From positions 186,001 through 250,000 of the forward strand of contig NW_026854566.1 of assembly GCF_026571515.1 (NCBI RefSeq): a stretch of DNA of 64,000 nt. The letters run 5' to 3'. Under the pieces are notes generated by a model. The model was given only the letters and a program-made list of their open reading frames with translations. It ran no database searches and was not told the origin of the DNA. Every line of letters begins with the position of its first letter. Positions within the stretch are counted from its first letter, which is position 1. Below are positions 53,825 to 64,000 of this stretch, one piece after another. The position numbers and the translations under genes are program-made. The DNA is from Ruditapes philippinarum. Its lineage: Eukaryota.

Positions 53825-56006
53825 CTCTCGAAACAATGTCAACAATAGTAGGATTGTTTAATTGAATAAATTGTTGACTTGTTAAGTCGTAAGTTGCTTG
53901 GTAATAATGTAACGGTAATTTTCAATAATAATAAGTCAGCTAATTTCTGCAAATAAATTTGGACAATGAGGGCATCATTTTTATATCTATACTATTCTAC
54001 TTCACCATTAAATCATTTTCAAAAATGTTATTGTCGATAATCATTTTTATTTTCATTTTTAAGTTTTATTTCAAAAAATTTGACTGTGATAATTGAGTGT
54101 ATTTTTGTCAAATCATTATGCTATTTACTTTTTTGTTCACTTCTCATGACGTCCGTGGGCCTCTTTTCATATATGCTAAATAAACATAGAGTCATGAGTA
54201 ATGCAGTATATTTCATGTTTTAATGTTCGTGTCTTTTGTAAGTATAGAATCACTCAATCATTGTAATCATTATTTTATTTGTGTATTGTTTTTTTCCCAT
54301 ATTTTTCAAGAAATTTGACTGTGATCATTACTGTGATTTTAAAGTACTTATGTTATTTATGTTGTTTATTAATTACAATGTATGTAAATAAACATATTAA
54401 AATACTAAAGCTGGCTGGTTTCATATTACTAAAGTATCAGGTATACGAGACACAAATTTCAACAAGAAGATTCTGATGATATTGAAAAATAAAATTGTTC
54501 TACACAAAGAATAAAGCCTTAATGATAATGAAAGTCCATAGTGATCAATTAAAATCACAATGTAATATCATTTAGTTCTACTCATTCAAATCAGACAAAA
54601 ACTATGGCTGCGAGAGTTTATGATATTTTTGTATACGGTTCATACAAGGATAGCACAATTAAGAGCATAATGACTCGATATATACACAATCTAACGAATC
54701 ATACGTTATGCCGTAAAAAAAGTATGACATGTAAACTTTCAATGCTTGCGCGTCATGTGACGTCAATAAATCAAATGACGCCATGGAAATCTCTTCTATA
54801 CTCAATGTAGTTCAACATATCTTTTATCATTTTTATAATGTCAGACTTATCGATCAAATGCTTGTAATTTATCACTCGGGCATATAGGCCTTGATTATAT
54901 TCCTGTTTATTTGACATTTAAACGTGAAAATTTAATAATGACTAAAATTTCGTTTTTTTTTAATAAGCAAAAAATTTTTAAATTACTTTTGCTGCTGGGG
55001 GCTGTAAAAATTAACCCAGAAAAATTTTGATATAATTTTATTACAACTTATATTAAAATATAAATCTAAAACAATATGCACGTTCTGTAAAGAATCAACA
55101 AGCAATCATTTTAACATATTTCAACTCATCTTTGTGTGCATGTTTGGTATATCACGACTCTGTTATCAGTTATTTCTTAATTAAAATATTAATTATACAA
55201 TCTCCACTGTCCCAAAGTCTCTACTGTCTAAGAAAAAACAACAGAATATTTTGATTATATCTTTAAAATGAAGTATGGTGCACTATATCCGTTGAACAAG
55301 AAACTTATTTTGTAACTTGAATGTTAATTCGTATAACATGTCTTTTTTAAGCTTGATGTAGTTTTGACAATTGTTCATGTTATATCGTTCATGTCGAGTC
55401 CGAGCCTAAAAGTTGGCAGCAATTTGCTTTCGTTTCGCCTTGCATTCTCAAATCGGACAGGTAATGTCCCTCTCGCAACCGCATTTCGGTTCCCATCCTG
55501 CCTTGCCTCTTTTACTTTTGATTTTAACCTCCGCCTTCCAGGGTCATCAAATTGGTGATATCTGAAAAAAGCAACAACACAGAGAACAGTTAATATAATA
55601 AATATATATACATGTATTTTGAAATTTTATGGTAACGTCGGAAAATATATTGATGCTGTCAAAGTTTGCTGAAAATGTCGTCTGCCTTTAGAATACTTAG
55701 ATTATAAGATTATAAGATTTCTCAAAATCAGAAAAAGTAATTTCTGTTGGTCAAATGTATATCCATTGTACTGCCTTTTCAAAGTTCATTGTAATGCTGA
55801 AACACCTTAAATAAAATTATTGTTAATTATTACCGCACGTTAGAAGCTTTGCTGTCAGCATTGACATCGTCCGGGTTCATTTCAAGTGATGGTTCTGAAT
55901 TATACTGTCCTACTAGTTGGTATACATTTTTTCTTGAAGTCCGGTACGAGAACGTTCTGAAAGAAGAGAATGGGGAATTCATGACCCAAGAATTCATTAG
56001 GACGAC

Positions 56007-56154
56007 NNNNNNNNNNNNNNNNNNNNNNNNNNNNNNNNNNNNNNNNNNNNNNNNNNNNNNNNNNNNNNNNNNNNNNNNNNNNNNNNNNNNNNNNNNNNNN
56101 NNNNNNNNNNNNNNNNNNNNNNNNNNNNNNNNNNNNNNNNNNNNNNNNNNNNNN
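56007..56154. other. Assembly gap (N run) within a predicted transposase intron (55957-56205)
   Basis: Ns in the sequence; the flanking splice sites join in frame without needing the gap sequence. Confidence 1.
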
Positions 56155-58326
56155 ATTAAAACAATATAGATTTTAAAGATTGAATGAACCTTTAAGTTGC
56201 CATACCTCTTTGGATCCAATCGCATGTGCAGCTTCTCAATCGTCATGTCCATGAATTTTCCGAATTCATCGCATGTGATCGTGCCCTGTCCCCTTCGGTC
56301 AGACAAAGTTACTTCAGAAAAGAAAGTTTCTCCCATCATGCTGGAGAAGGCTCGTACATGGTAAGTTTTACTTCTGACAATGTGGTACAAAGTTCTCTTT
56401 GCATCAATACTAGCGATAATGGCCTCCCATATTTGTGTTGGCCAACCTTGGACATACATACCAGGTGGTGGAAATGAAGAAAAATCTATATGTCCAATTA
56501 ATCTCGATCGTAAAGCTGAACGGAGGCTTATTCGATTTTCGGCTGAAATACCCGGTTCATCTTCCGCTCGCCACCAGTTTCTAATGTCCCGACAAAGCCT
56601 TGCTTCACTTACGTCTCCATTTTTAAGCATTTCGTTTTCAACAGCTTCGCTAAAATGCGTATTTGCCACAGATACTGTCATGGGTTCAGTAATACAATCC
56701 ATCATGCCAATAGATAACGACGTCTTCTTCGATTTTGCTACTTTTCGCCAAGCCTGATTGCTGAATCCATCTAGACCCCCTTTTGCACTTTTTCTTCTCG
56801 TTCTGGTAAGAAAATGGGAGGAATCGATACAACTAACCTCCAGCTGACATCTACTTCTGCTAAAAGATGGGTAATAGAACTGTTCATCTATGTCTTTGTC
56901 AGCAACCGGAAATTGCCGTTTTGGCTCACTTAGTTGCTGTTGCCATTGCTTATATTCGTCTTCCCAGATATATTCTGCGTAAATAATGTTTAAATCTTTC
57001 TTAGTTAAGGATTTATTAAGTTGCTTAAGAGCAAGTTCTGATAATCGTTTAGGTTGATTATGTGTTTTTGTTTTTGTCATTCTTGTTTTATCTGATAGTT
57101 TGTAATGTAAACCTAACAACTTGCATATTTGTCCGACTTTCGCCTCTTTCCTGTCGCTATCTTTCAATTTCAGTTTATGTGTTCTGTTGATGTACCGTAC
57201 TATGATGCGTAATTCGCAGTCACGCAGCTTTCTTAGAGATTTATCATCAACGAAATACGAGGAAATGTCTCTGGATGATAAATTATCCCATGATTGATTT
57301 GCGTTAACAAGTTTATCGACTCGAAATAATGCCAACAATGAAGTATTGTCTGCTTCATTCCACTGAATAATTTTTTCTTCAGTTGACGGTTGAATTGCTA
57401 CTTCTTTCTCAAAATCAATATGAGTCACTTCTGAATCATCTTTGTCTTCTATTTCTTCTGCATTTATTTCCGTGTCTTCTCCTATAAGTACCGGATTCAG
57501 TACATTTGATGCTATCAGATGTTGTTCGTTTCTGTGCATTTTCCTTTCTTCTTTGTGTTGCCACACTGACTGAAATTTTAGGTAAACGCACTCCATTATT
57601 AGTACATATAATTGATTTTGATTCCGACTGATCCTCTGCGTGAACTTCATTTAGGCGTATAACTACTTTGTTCAGGTCAAAAAACTCAGTAATTATATCA
57701 CGCTTTGACTTCTTTTCAACCTTATTCCAAACATCCTTTTGAAGTTGTAATGTCGTCAGTGGGGCTTCATTTTCATCTCTTATTGCAATACAATGCCACT
57801 GGCCATCGAACGATAACGCAGGTACATACAAACCTTTTTCTTTACAACTGTTCATAACACATTCGACAATTTTTCTCATTGTACTTGTATCGAGTGATCC
57901 ACCTTTAGGAAACCAACAGACAGGCACACTATGAGCCCTGTCTTCTTCCCACTTTCTATCTAGGTCACAGCAAAGGAACACGACTGCCTCTGTTGCTGGT
58001 ATTCGTTGCAATTCATAGAAATCGTCATAACACTTTATCAGCTGATTTAACAGAACCTCACATCTTTGAACCGAGTATATCCCATTGTCATAGCTGTTTT
58101 CCGTATCTGGTTGATGTTTTAAAGATTGGAACACACCAATAAACTCCACCATATCTTCTGAACTACAAGCCTTATGAATTTCAGCAGAGAGCAGTCTGCT
58201 TTCTTCCGACAGCTTCGTTGGTCTTTTAGGCTTATCTACATCATACAATTCCACAGCCGCCTTAAATGCCCTTTGGAATAGAGTAGGGTTTCTTTTAATT
58301 CTAAAGCATGTTGAAATGTCCGGACG

Positions 58327-58806
58327 CCAGCTTAAATAGAGAAGTTCTGGTACATTCAATGCCTCAATTTCACTTAAGCATTGTAACAAATACCTTCGTG
58401 GAAAACTTGTGTGGACATCGTAAATTGGACATTTCAATTCAATACCACACGTAGTACAATCTTCTCTCTCTGTTGTTCTAACGCTGCCGTCTGGAGAAAT
58501 TATCATAAATGGTTTTGTGCGTACAGAATCTAGTTCGATGAACCCTTCTTCGTACATTTTTAGACCTGGACACATCATGGGTAACACTTTACCGACCATG
58601 GTAGCAGCGGCGTTGATCTCGTTTTCAGTTCCGTGTAACATTGCAGAGCTGCATTTTGTTGATCTTTCCTTCTCAGGAAGTCCAACCACTTTAACGTCAA
58701 AGTGTTCTTTTTGACTAGTTAAACCATCTAAGCCTAGTGCATTGTACATCGAGCTTCCAGTAATTTTAACTTGTTTTCTTCGATCAAACCACTGTTCAGA
58801 TCTTTG
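58327..58806 (-). CDS. YqaJ / lambda-exonuclease-like PD-(D/E)XK domain within the transposase
   Basis: QRSEQWFDRR..ITGS, AMLHGTENEINA, YEEG, IISPDG, GIELKCP, YLLQ..LLYLSW: hallmark motifs in order, with catalytic D, E and K intact. Confidence 0.92.
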
Positions 58807-61060
58807 TTTTATTTGACGAGTTGTTGGATTTTCTGATTGTTGTTTTATGTCCGTTTCACAATAGTGTTCACTTTTATGCAAGTCTATATCCGTCTTTGTT
58901 ACCACATTAGGTGATTTTCTAAGGCTGCTAATAAAAATAAGCAGTTCATTAATTAACGCCATACTCTCTCTTATGAATGTGTCTTTATCATATATGAATG
59001 CTATCGTTGCACTTATTGCATATACAAACTTGCCATTTTTCCAATCATCCTTTCCTCCCTTTTCAATAAGTTTCTCTTTGGCGTATTCTTTTTTATTCTT
59101 CAAATCTCTAGATGCGCATATGTTTAAGGACACTATTTTATATTTGACTTGATAAAGTGTCAGAAATTTCTTTTCGTTCATCATCCGTTAATTCTGTGCA
59201 TATGTTATCAACTGTGTTCATTTCAGAGAATTTGCACAACAATCTATTTACTGGCATTTTCCTCTCTTCCAAAATACATTTTCGTTCGCATAGCGACAGA
59301 TCCTGCTCAAATCCAAGTAAAATCAACGTCGCCTGACGTTTCCTTTAATCCTCTTTTAAGCTTCTTGCCATAAATGTTAGACAGTATGAAGCATTTGAAT
59401 TCGAGGCTGCAAGGCTTTCCAACATATCTGTAAATATTCCAGGCTGTCTGCCGTTACTGTCTGTTGAAATGTCATATGGAGTGTAAGATGTTAGAATGTC
59501 CTTCCCCCGGCACAGCAAAGTTAATCTCTGAAATCGTAGGATATAAATGCTTCTCTCGGTTGGCCCGTCACACAGAATTTTCCGGGTTTTTTTTTCCCGA
59601 CATAAGTATAAATGACCCCAATAACGATATCCAATTTTCCAAAAAATTTTTGGGATTTTTGAATATTTATTTCAGCGTACTATCTAAAACATTTAAACCT
59701 TTTTAGCCATAAATGTAAGGTTTTTTTCATAGAAATTTGTTTTGCTTCCCAGTTAAAAGAATTAAGGAATTTTTATCCCTTCCCATGCATTATTCAATCA
59801 AACCGGTTAATAGCTTTTTAATTTCTTCAACCAAGGAAGTAATTTTTTCTGTGTTTTTTTAACATCGAATACCGTCACATAGTTTCTTTTCTAAAAACTT
59901 GTTCGAGTTTCAAGTCATCTTCACCAAAATAATCTCTATTTATTTGATCATTCAAAGCTATGTTTTTTGCCGGGATATTTGCAACCGATGTATATAATGT
60001 TCTCCTAGTTCTTTTTGGAAAAGGTGATTTAGACGGCGTTATCTCTGATTCAGATCGTGATTTGGACGATATTCTTTTCACACTTGACCTCTTTGGCGTC
60101 GAGAACTTAACATTTGATGGCGATCGAACAGATGTAAAGGTTTTCGTTGCCGTTCGGGGTGTTTTGGGGGAATACAACTTGTTGACACATGAGGAAAATT
60201 TGACTCTATTATATATCTCATCTTCTGTGCAGATCCACTGGCGGGAAAATTTGATCTTTCTGGTTTCAGTTTTGAAACGATTTCGCCTGTACCGCTTGCC
60301 AAGCGTGAGTTTTGACTTCGGTTTTGTCATCACATGTTAGTACGGCATTTCCCAGTATGTCAACTTCAGTACGATTGCAGCATACTGAAATATAAAATAT
60401 TGTACTGTAAATATTGTATATCTAGCCATAAACTAACTTTAAAAGAAACAAGTCGTATATAAAACTTTTGTAGACAGACATACTTTAAGATCCAATACGC
60501 CCCAAAATACATACGTTCATTTCATTTCTCAAACGACATTTTATTGTTTGTGCTCTTTGATTTTTTTCTAAAACTTTATAACTAAAAAACTTACTGAAGT
60601 ATATACTGCTTCTGATTATTTTTCGTTATAAGTACAGCATACATGTAGTAATATAATAGTTTGTATGGAAGTCTAAATACTTCTTCTTTACATTTGGCTA
60701 CCTTTATTATGAATGATCTCACATGCAAATCTATTTTAATAAGAAAACGTATCTGACATGTTTAAAACTATTCTTTTCACGATTTAAAATGCTTCACCCC
60801 CCTTTCTTAAGAAGATAAATGTTTATTTCTGACGCAAATTATGCCTTTAATTTGATGAAATTCTTTACTGTTTCAGATTTTTCTATGTGATATACTGTTA
60901 TAAATTATTTTTATAATTTACTGAAAAGAAATATAAACATAGAGAAAAATTGAAATGACTTGTGCAATAATAGATTTTGCTTCCATACACAAATAGATTT
61001 TCTATAATTTGTACCATCACAAAAGAGCAAATATAATCTTTGTACATAACTTTCAAAGTT

Positions 61061-61646
61061 AGTAAAATTTTAAAAAGAAAAACGCATACGCTTTTGAGAA
61101 AAAACATCGTTTGGTTAATAAAAATTGGTTTCGGTGGTTAACATAATAATAGGAAGAGAAAGTATGCACGCTGCTTCGTATTTTCAGTCAATTCTGAAAA
61201 CTGCTTTAAACTGTAGTCCGTTTATTTTGGCTTGGAACTGGTGCCAGAATTGAAAATTGAAGAAAATGTAAGATTTACGCAATAAATTGTAACAAAATAG
61301 AAATATTTAGGCAGGACTTTGCCTTCGATATTCCCGGTTGATGTTAAAGTGGTCTTTAAATCATCGTATAGTTCAGGTAATGCAAAAAACAAAGTTGCTT
61401 GCAACTGCAGTCCGCTCGTATACAAACAACTTCTAAAGTGTTTGATAAAATGGCTCATCTACTGATTGAGATCTAATATTCCGCGGAAAGCTAATATTTT
61501 TTCCCGTAGACTGGTGCATTTCCCATAGAAATTGGTGCAGAAATAAAATACTTACGGCTATTTTCTTGTTTGAAGCGAGCGGTTTTTCTCTTGGAAATGA
61601 TGCCAAAAATGACGTCACGGTCACGTGGTATTGCCACACTGAGACT
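61061..61646 (-). repeat. Right terminal inverted repeat (~586 bp)
   Basis: agtaaaattttaaaaag...gacgtcacggtcacgtggtattgccacactgag mirrors 51742-52338. Confidence 0.97.
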
Positions 61647-62350
61647 GTCACATGACGTAAGTAACTATCAAATACAATAACATACAACAGCCATTCGGTC
61701 ACGTGATATATCCGTACACCAATGAACACAAGTTGTAAATATATCTTAACTATTGTCATATATTTTTCTGGTTTAAATACCTTCATTTGCGACAATTACT
61801 TTACAAAGCAACTTAAGTTCTTCAAGATATTGTCAGAATTATATGCTACAATACATATACTAACTTTAGACATCATTTCTATGAACTCTAATTAACGTCA
61901 GTGTGTTGTTCTCATCTATAATGAAAAAACGAGGTAATAAAATAAGATAACAAGATGTTATTCAAATGAAATTGTCTTTTATGCACTGGATGACACATAA
62001 TCAACGCAGAAGTATATATTAAATGTCATGTGGTACTTCATCCTGGTTGTCGGTCACATTTATCCTTCCATCAAGTACTCAGTACTTACAGGCACATTAC
62101 ACACCGGAGAAACTGAAAAATTAGAATATCAACAAAATAATAAACATGTACATATATATCTTTTTAAATACTCGTATATTCATAAAATATGTGAAACACA
62201 CAAAAATGCTGCTTTGCGGGAGGATCTTTTAAAGAGAAGAACCGTGTACCAGATTTCAGGCAAGGGCGGGGGCTCATACCAATTTTCGGATCCATAACGG
62301 TCTAAACTTTGAAATCAATAAGTTACACAACATTAACACCATCCTTGTTT

Positions 62351-62616
62351 NNNNNNNNNNNNNNNNNNNNNNNNNNNNNNNNNNNNNNNNNNNNNNNNNN
62401 NNNNNNNNNNNNNNNNNNNNNNNNNNNNNNNNNNNNNNNNNNNNNNNNNNNNNNNNNNNNNNNNNNNNNNNNNNNNNNNNNNNNNNNNNNNNNNNNNNNN
62501 NNNNNNNNNNNNNNNNNNNNNNNNNNNNNNNNNNNNNNNNNNNNNNNNNNNNNNNNNNNNNNNNNNNNNNNNNNNNNNNNNNNNNNNNNNNNNNNNNNNN
62601 NNNNNNNNNNNNNNNN
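62351..62616. other. Assembly gap (N run) between the transposon and the duplicated GPCR exon
   Basis: Ns in the sequence. Confidence 1.
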
Positions 62617-63729
62617 GGCTGTCAAAAAAAACTGCAAAATACATCAAGAGTTGTCTGTTCATAGGACAACAAGTGGGGTTTTACATTTCAAAAATAAGGC
62701 TACCCACGGCCGAACCATTTACATTTATCAGTTATGTCATGTTAAATGTTAATCAACCATGTGTATCCGACGCTGACATTACAGTTGTTAACAATCTGCT
62801 GGTCATTTAGTTTGTTAACACTCTACTGGTCACACTTTTGTCCCAATTGTCACACAACATCGTAAGAATGTGTGTGACAGGTTTTGCTCGAGTTTGAACA
62901 TGGATCACCTTGGTTGAAAATCAGAAGTAGGTCACAGTAGCCAAAAAATAGAAAAAATGTTTTAGCTCAATGGTTCATCTAAAGTTAAGAAGTTGGTAAC
63001 ACAACCTGATTATGGAAAACCCCTTGTTAACTTGCTATCCAATATAAATGGATTTCTTGGAAAGGTTGTTCATGAAGACTATATGTAACAATTATTGAAT
63101 AATGAAAATATTACAGTACATTTGAATTGTTTTGATTATAGATTTCATTTTTATTAATAAACGATAAAGTAATGCATTTGAAAATTAATGTGTAGAGATT
63201 AATACAACACACCGGAATATATTTAATAATGCATCAAAGTACAGTACATAGATGTACTATAATTTGGTAATTAAGTCTTGTAGGATGATTCAATTAATTG
63301 ATTTTGTATAGAGTTCAAGCCAGATCATGTATTTTATCAGATAGCATCACTGGAAACTCAATATGACTGTTTCAATATTCTAGTCTGAAGTCCATTTAAC
63401 GGGTGTTTCAAAAAAATGATTTCTTTATTGCTCATCTACATTGTATCAGCTTGCCTAGCAATACACAGATGGAACATTACATCTTCCTTGTCTCATAAAT
63501 AACTTTGGAAGAAAAAAGCCTTGGTGCATGTGAGTCACTTGTTAGGGACATTGACCTTGGTCAGAAGATGACCCCTATTGTTTCCGAGGTCAGTAGGTTA
63601 AAATCAACATGGCTTTGATGACAAAAATGGATTATATTATCAAGCAATGTATACTTCAGTACTTTCAGTGCTTTGATTTATAACGTGTTCATGCGAACAA
63701 AATTCGACAGTTCTGAATCTATTTTAAAG

Positions 63730-64000
63730 GTACAAACAGAAATAAAGAAGAAATGGAAACGTTACATAATAAAGCGCGGTGGAAGTGGATTCAGACGGGC
63801 GGGACGAGAAACTATGACGTCATGTGTCTCACGCGCGCGCGGTTCTGTTGCGTCAACAAGTGCCACAATGGAAAAAGACATACCAAATGGCAAAACGCGG
63901 AACAAAACAGATAAAAATACTCTTAACGGGGGCTCGTCTTCTGATAATTCAGTACATATGGAACAAAATGGACTTGTTATAGGCGACCATGAAGCCCATC
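63730..64000 (+). other. Duplicate of the GPCR last exon, running off the window end; paralogous fragment or uncollapsed allele
   Basis: 63683-64000 aligns to 48503-48820 without gaps and with about 9 base differences. The frame is open and the acceptor is retained, but sequence upstream of 63683 is unrelated. Confidence 0.9.

Larger units (their letters stand above)
55375..60330 (-). pseudogene. P-element-like DDE transposase with inserted YqaJ exonuclease; exons 60330-56206 (frameshifted), 55956-55834, 55561-55375; ~1,470 codons
   Basis: Motifs in order: INFAVP, PGIFTDML, YCLTF[D]GKKLKRG (D1, ~59370, 1-nt deletion), YqaJ domain, ATEAVVFL..SVPVCWF, ALSFDG (D2, 57805-57807), CIDSSH (56823-56825), MTVSVANTHFSEAV, SSMMGETFFS (E, 56328-56330). 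Two GT-AG introns keep frame (AG|A, CG|A). Frameshifts at ~59500-59870, ~59370, ~59320, ~59145 and ~57500. Confidence 0.82.
51739..61649 (-). mobile_element. ~9.9 kb long-TIR DNA transposon, P-element-like, encoding a YqaJ-exonuclease-containing transposase and a C2H2 zinc-finger gene
   Basis: ~590 bp near-identical inverted repeats enclose two convergent genes. The left end begins CATAGACTCAG (P-type CANRG start). The large gene carries ordered P-type DDE motifs. No target-site duplication (TSD) was found. Confidence 0.88.

Noticed and set aside
54602-54887. CpG-richer block with TGACGTCA between the two transposon genes, a possible nested repeat
   Set aside because: Only weak terminal complementarity and no TSD; cannot be supported without a genome search.
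58327-58806. YqaJ domain as evidence of a prophage, giant-virus insert or bacterial contamination
   Set aside because: It is in frame with eukaryotic P-type transposase motifs, the gene has spliceosomal introns, and no capsid, polymerase or RecT genes are present.
59960-60340. Plus-strand ORFs overlapping the transposase (59960..60340, 56380..56757, 58517..58714, 55364..55558 and others)
   Set aside because: Antisense shadows of the real minus-strand coding sequence.
51739-61649. Assignment of the large element to Maverick/Polinton, Kolobok, Academ or MULE
   Set aside because: There is no pPolB, retroviral-type integrase or capsid; no TTAA TSD; and no helicase or XPG domain. The MxVxxAxxxFS and ExFFS motifs and the CATAG end fit the P superfamily better. 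A formal profile search is still needed.

Overview
AT-rich eukaryotic scaffold with three N-gaps, probably from a bivalve mollusc (inferred from the SINE/MITE types and the receptor type). Two main things are present. (1) A spliced class B1 (secretin-family) GPCR gene most similar to PTH receptors, on the + strand. It has 12 clear coding exons from 14026 to 48933 plus a probable ATG-bearing exon ending at 8912; all exon phases join into one frame of about 518 aa. A second, ~97% identical copy of its last exon starts at 63730. (2) A ~9.9 kb DNA transposon (about 51739-61649) with ~590 bp terminal inverted repeats (TIRs) and two convergent genes. The minus-strand gene is a ~1,470-codon spliced, frameshifted transposase with ordered P-element-type motifs (F[D]GKK, ATEAVVFL, LSFDG, DSSH, MTVSVANTHFS, GETFFS). 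A complete YqaJ/lambda-exonuclease PD-(D/E)XK domain sits inside its RNase H core, and no THAP domain is visible. The plus-strand gene encodes five C2H2 fingers. Each TIR carries E-box/CRE motifs and an inward-facing GTAAGT donor that may supply the same leader exon to both genes. This element is the best candidate for a poorly described system. The rest is intronic DNA with SINEs, MITEs and tandem repeats. All family assignments come from manual motif reading; no database search was run.
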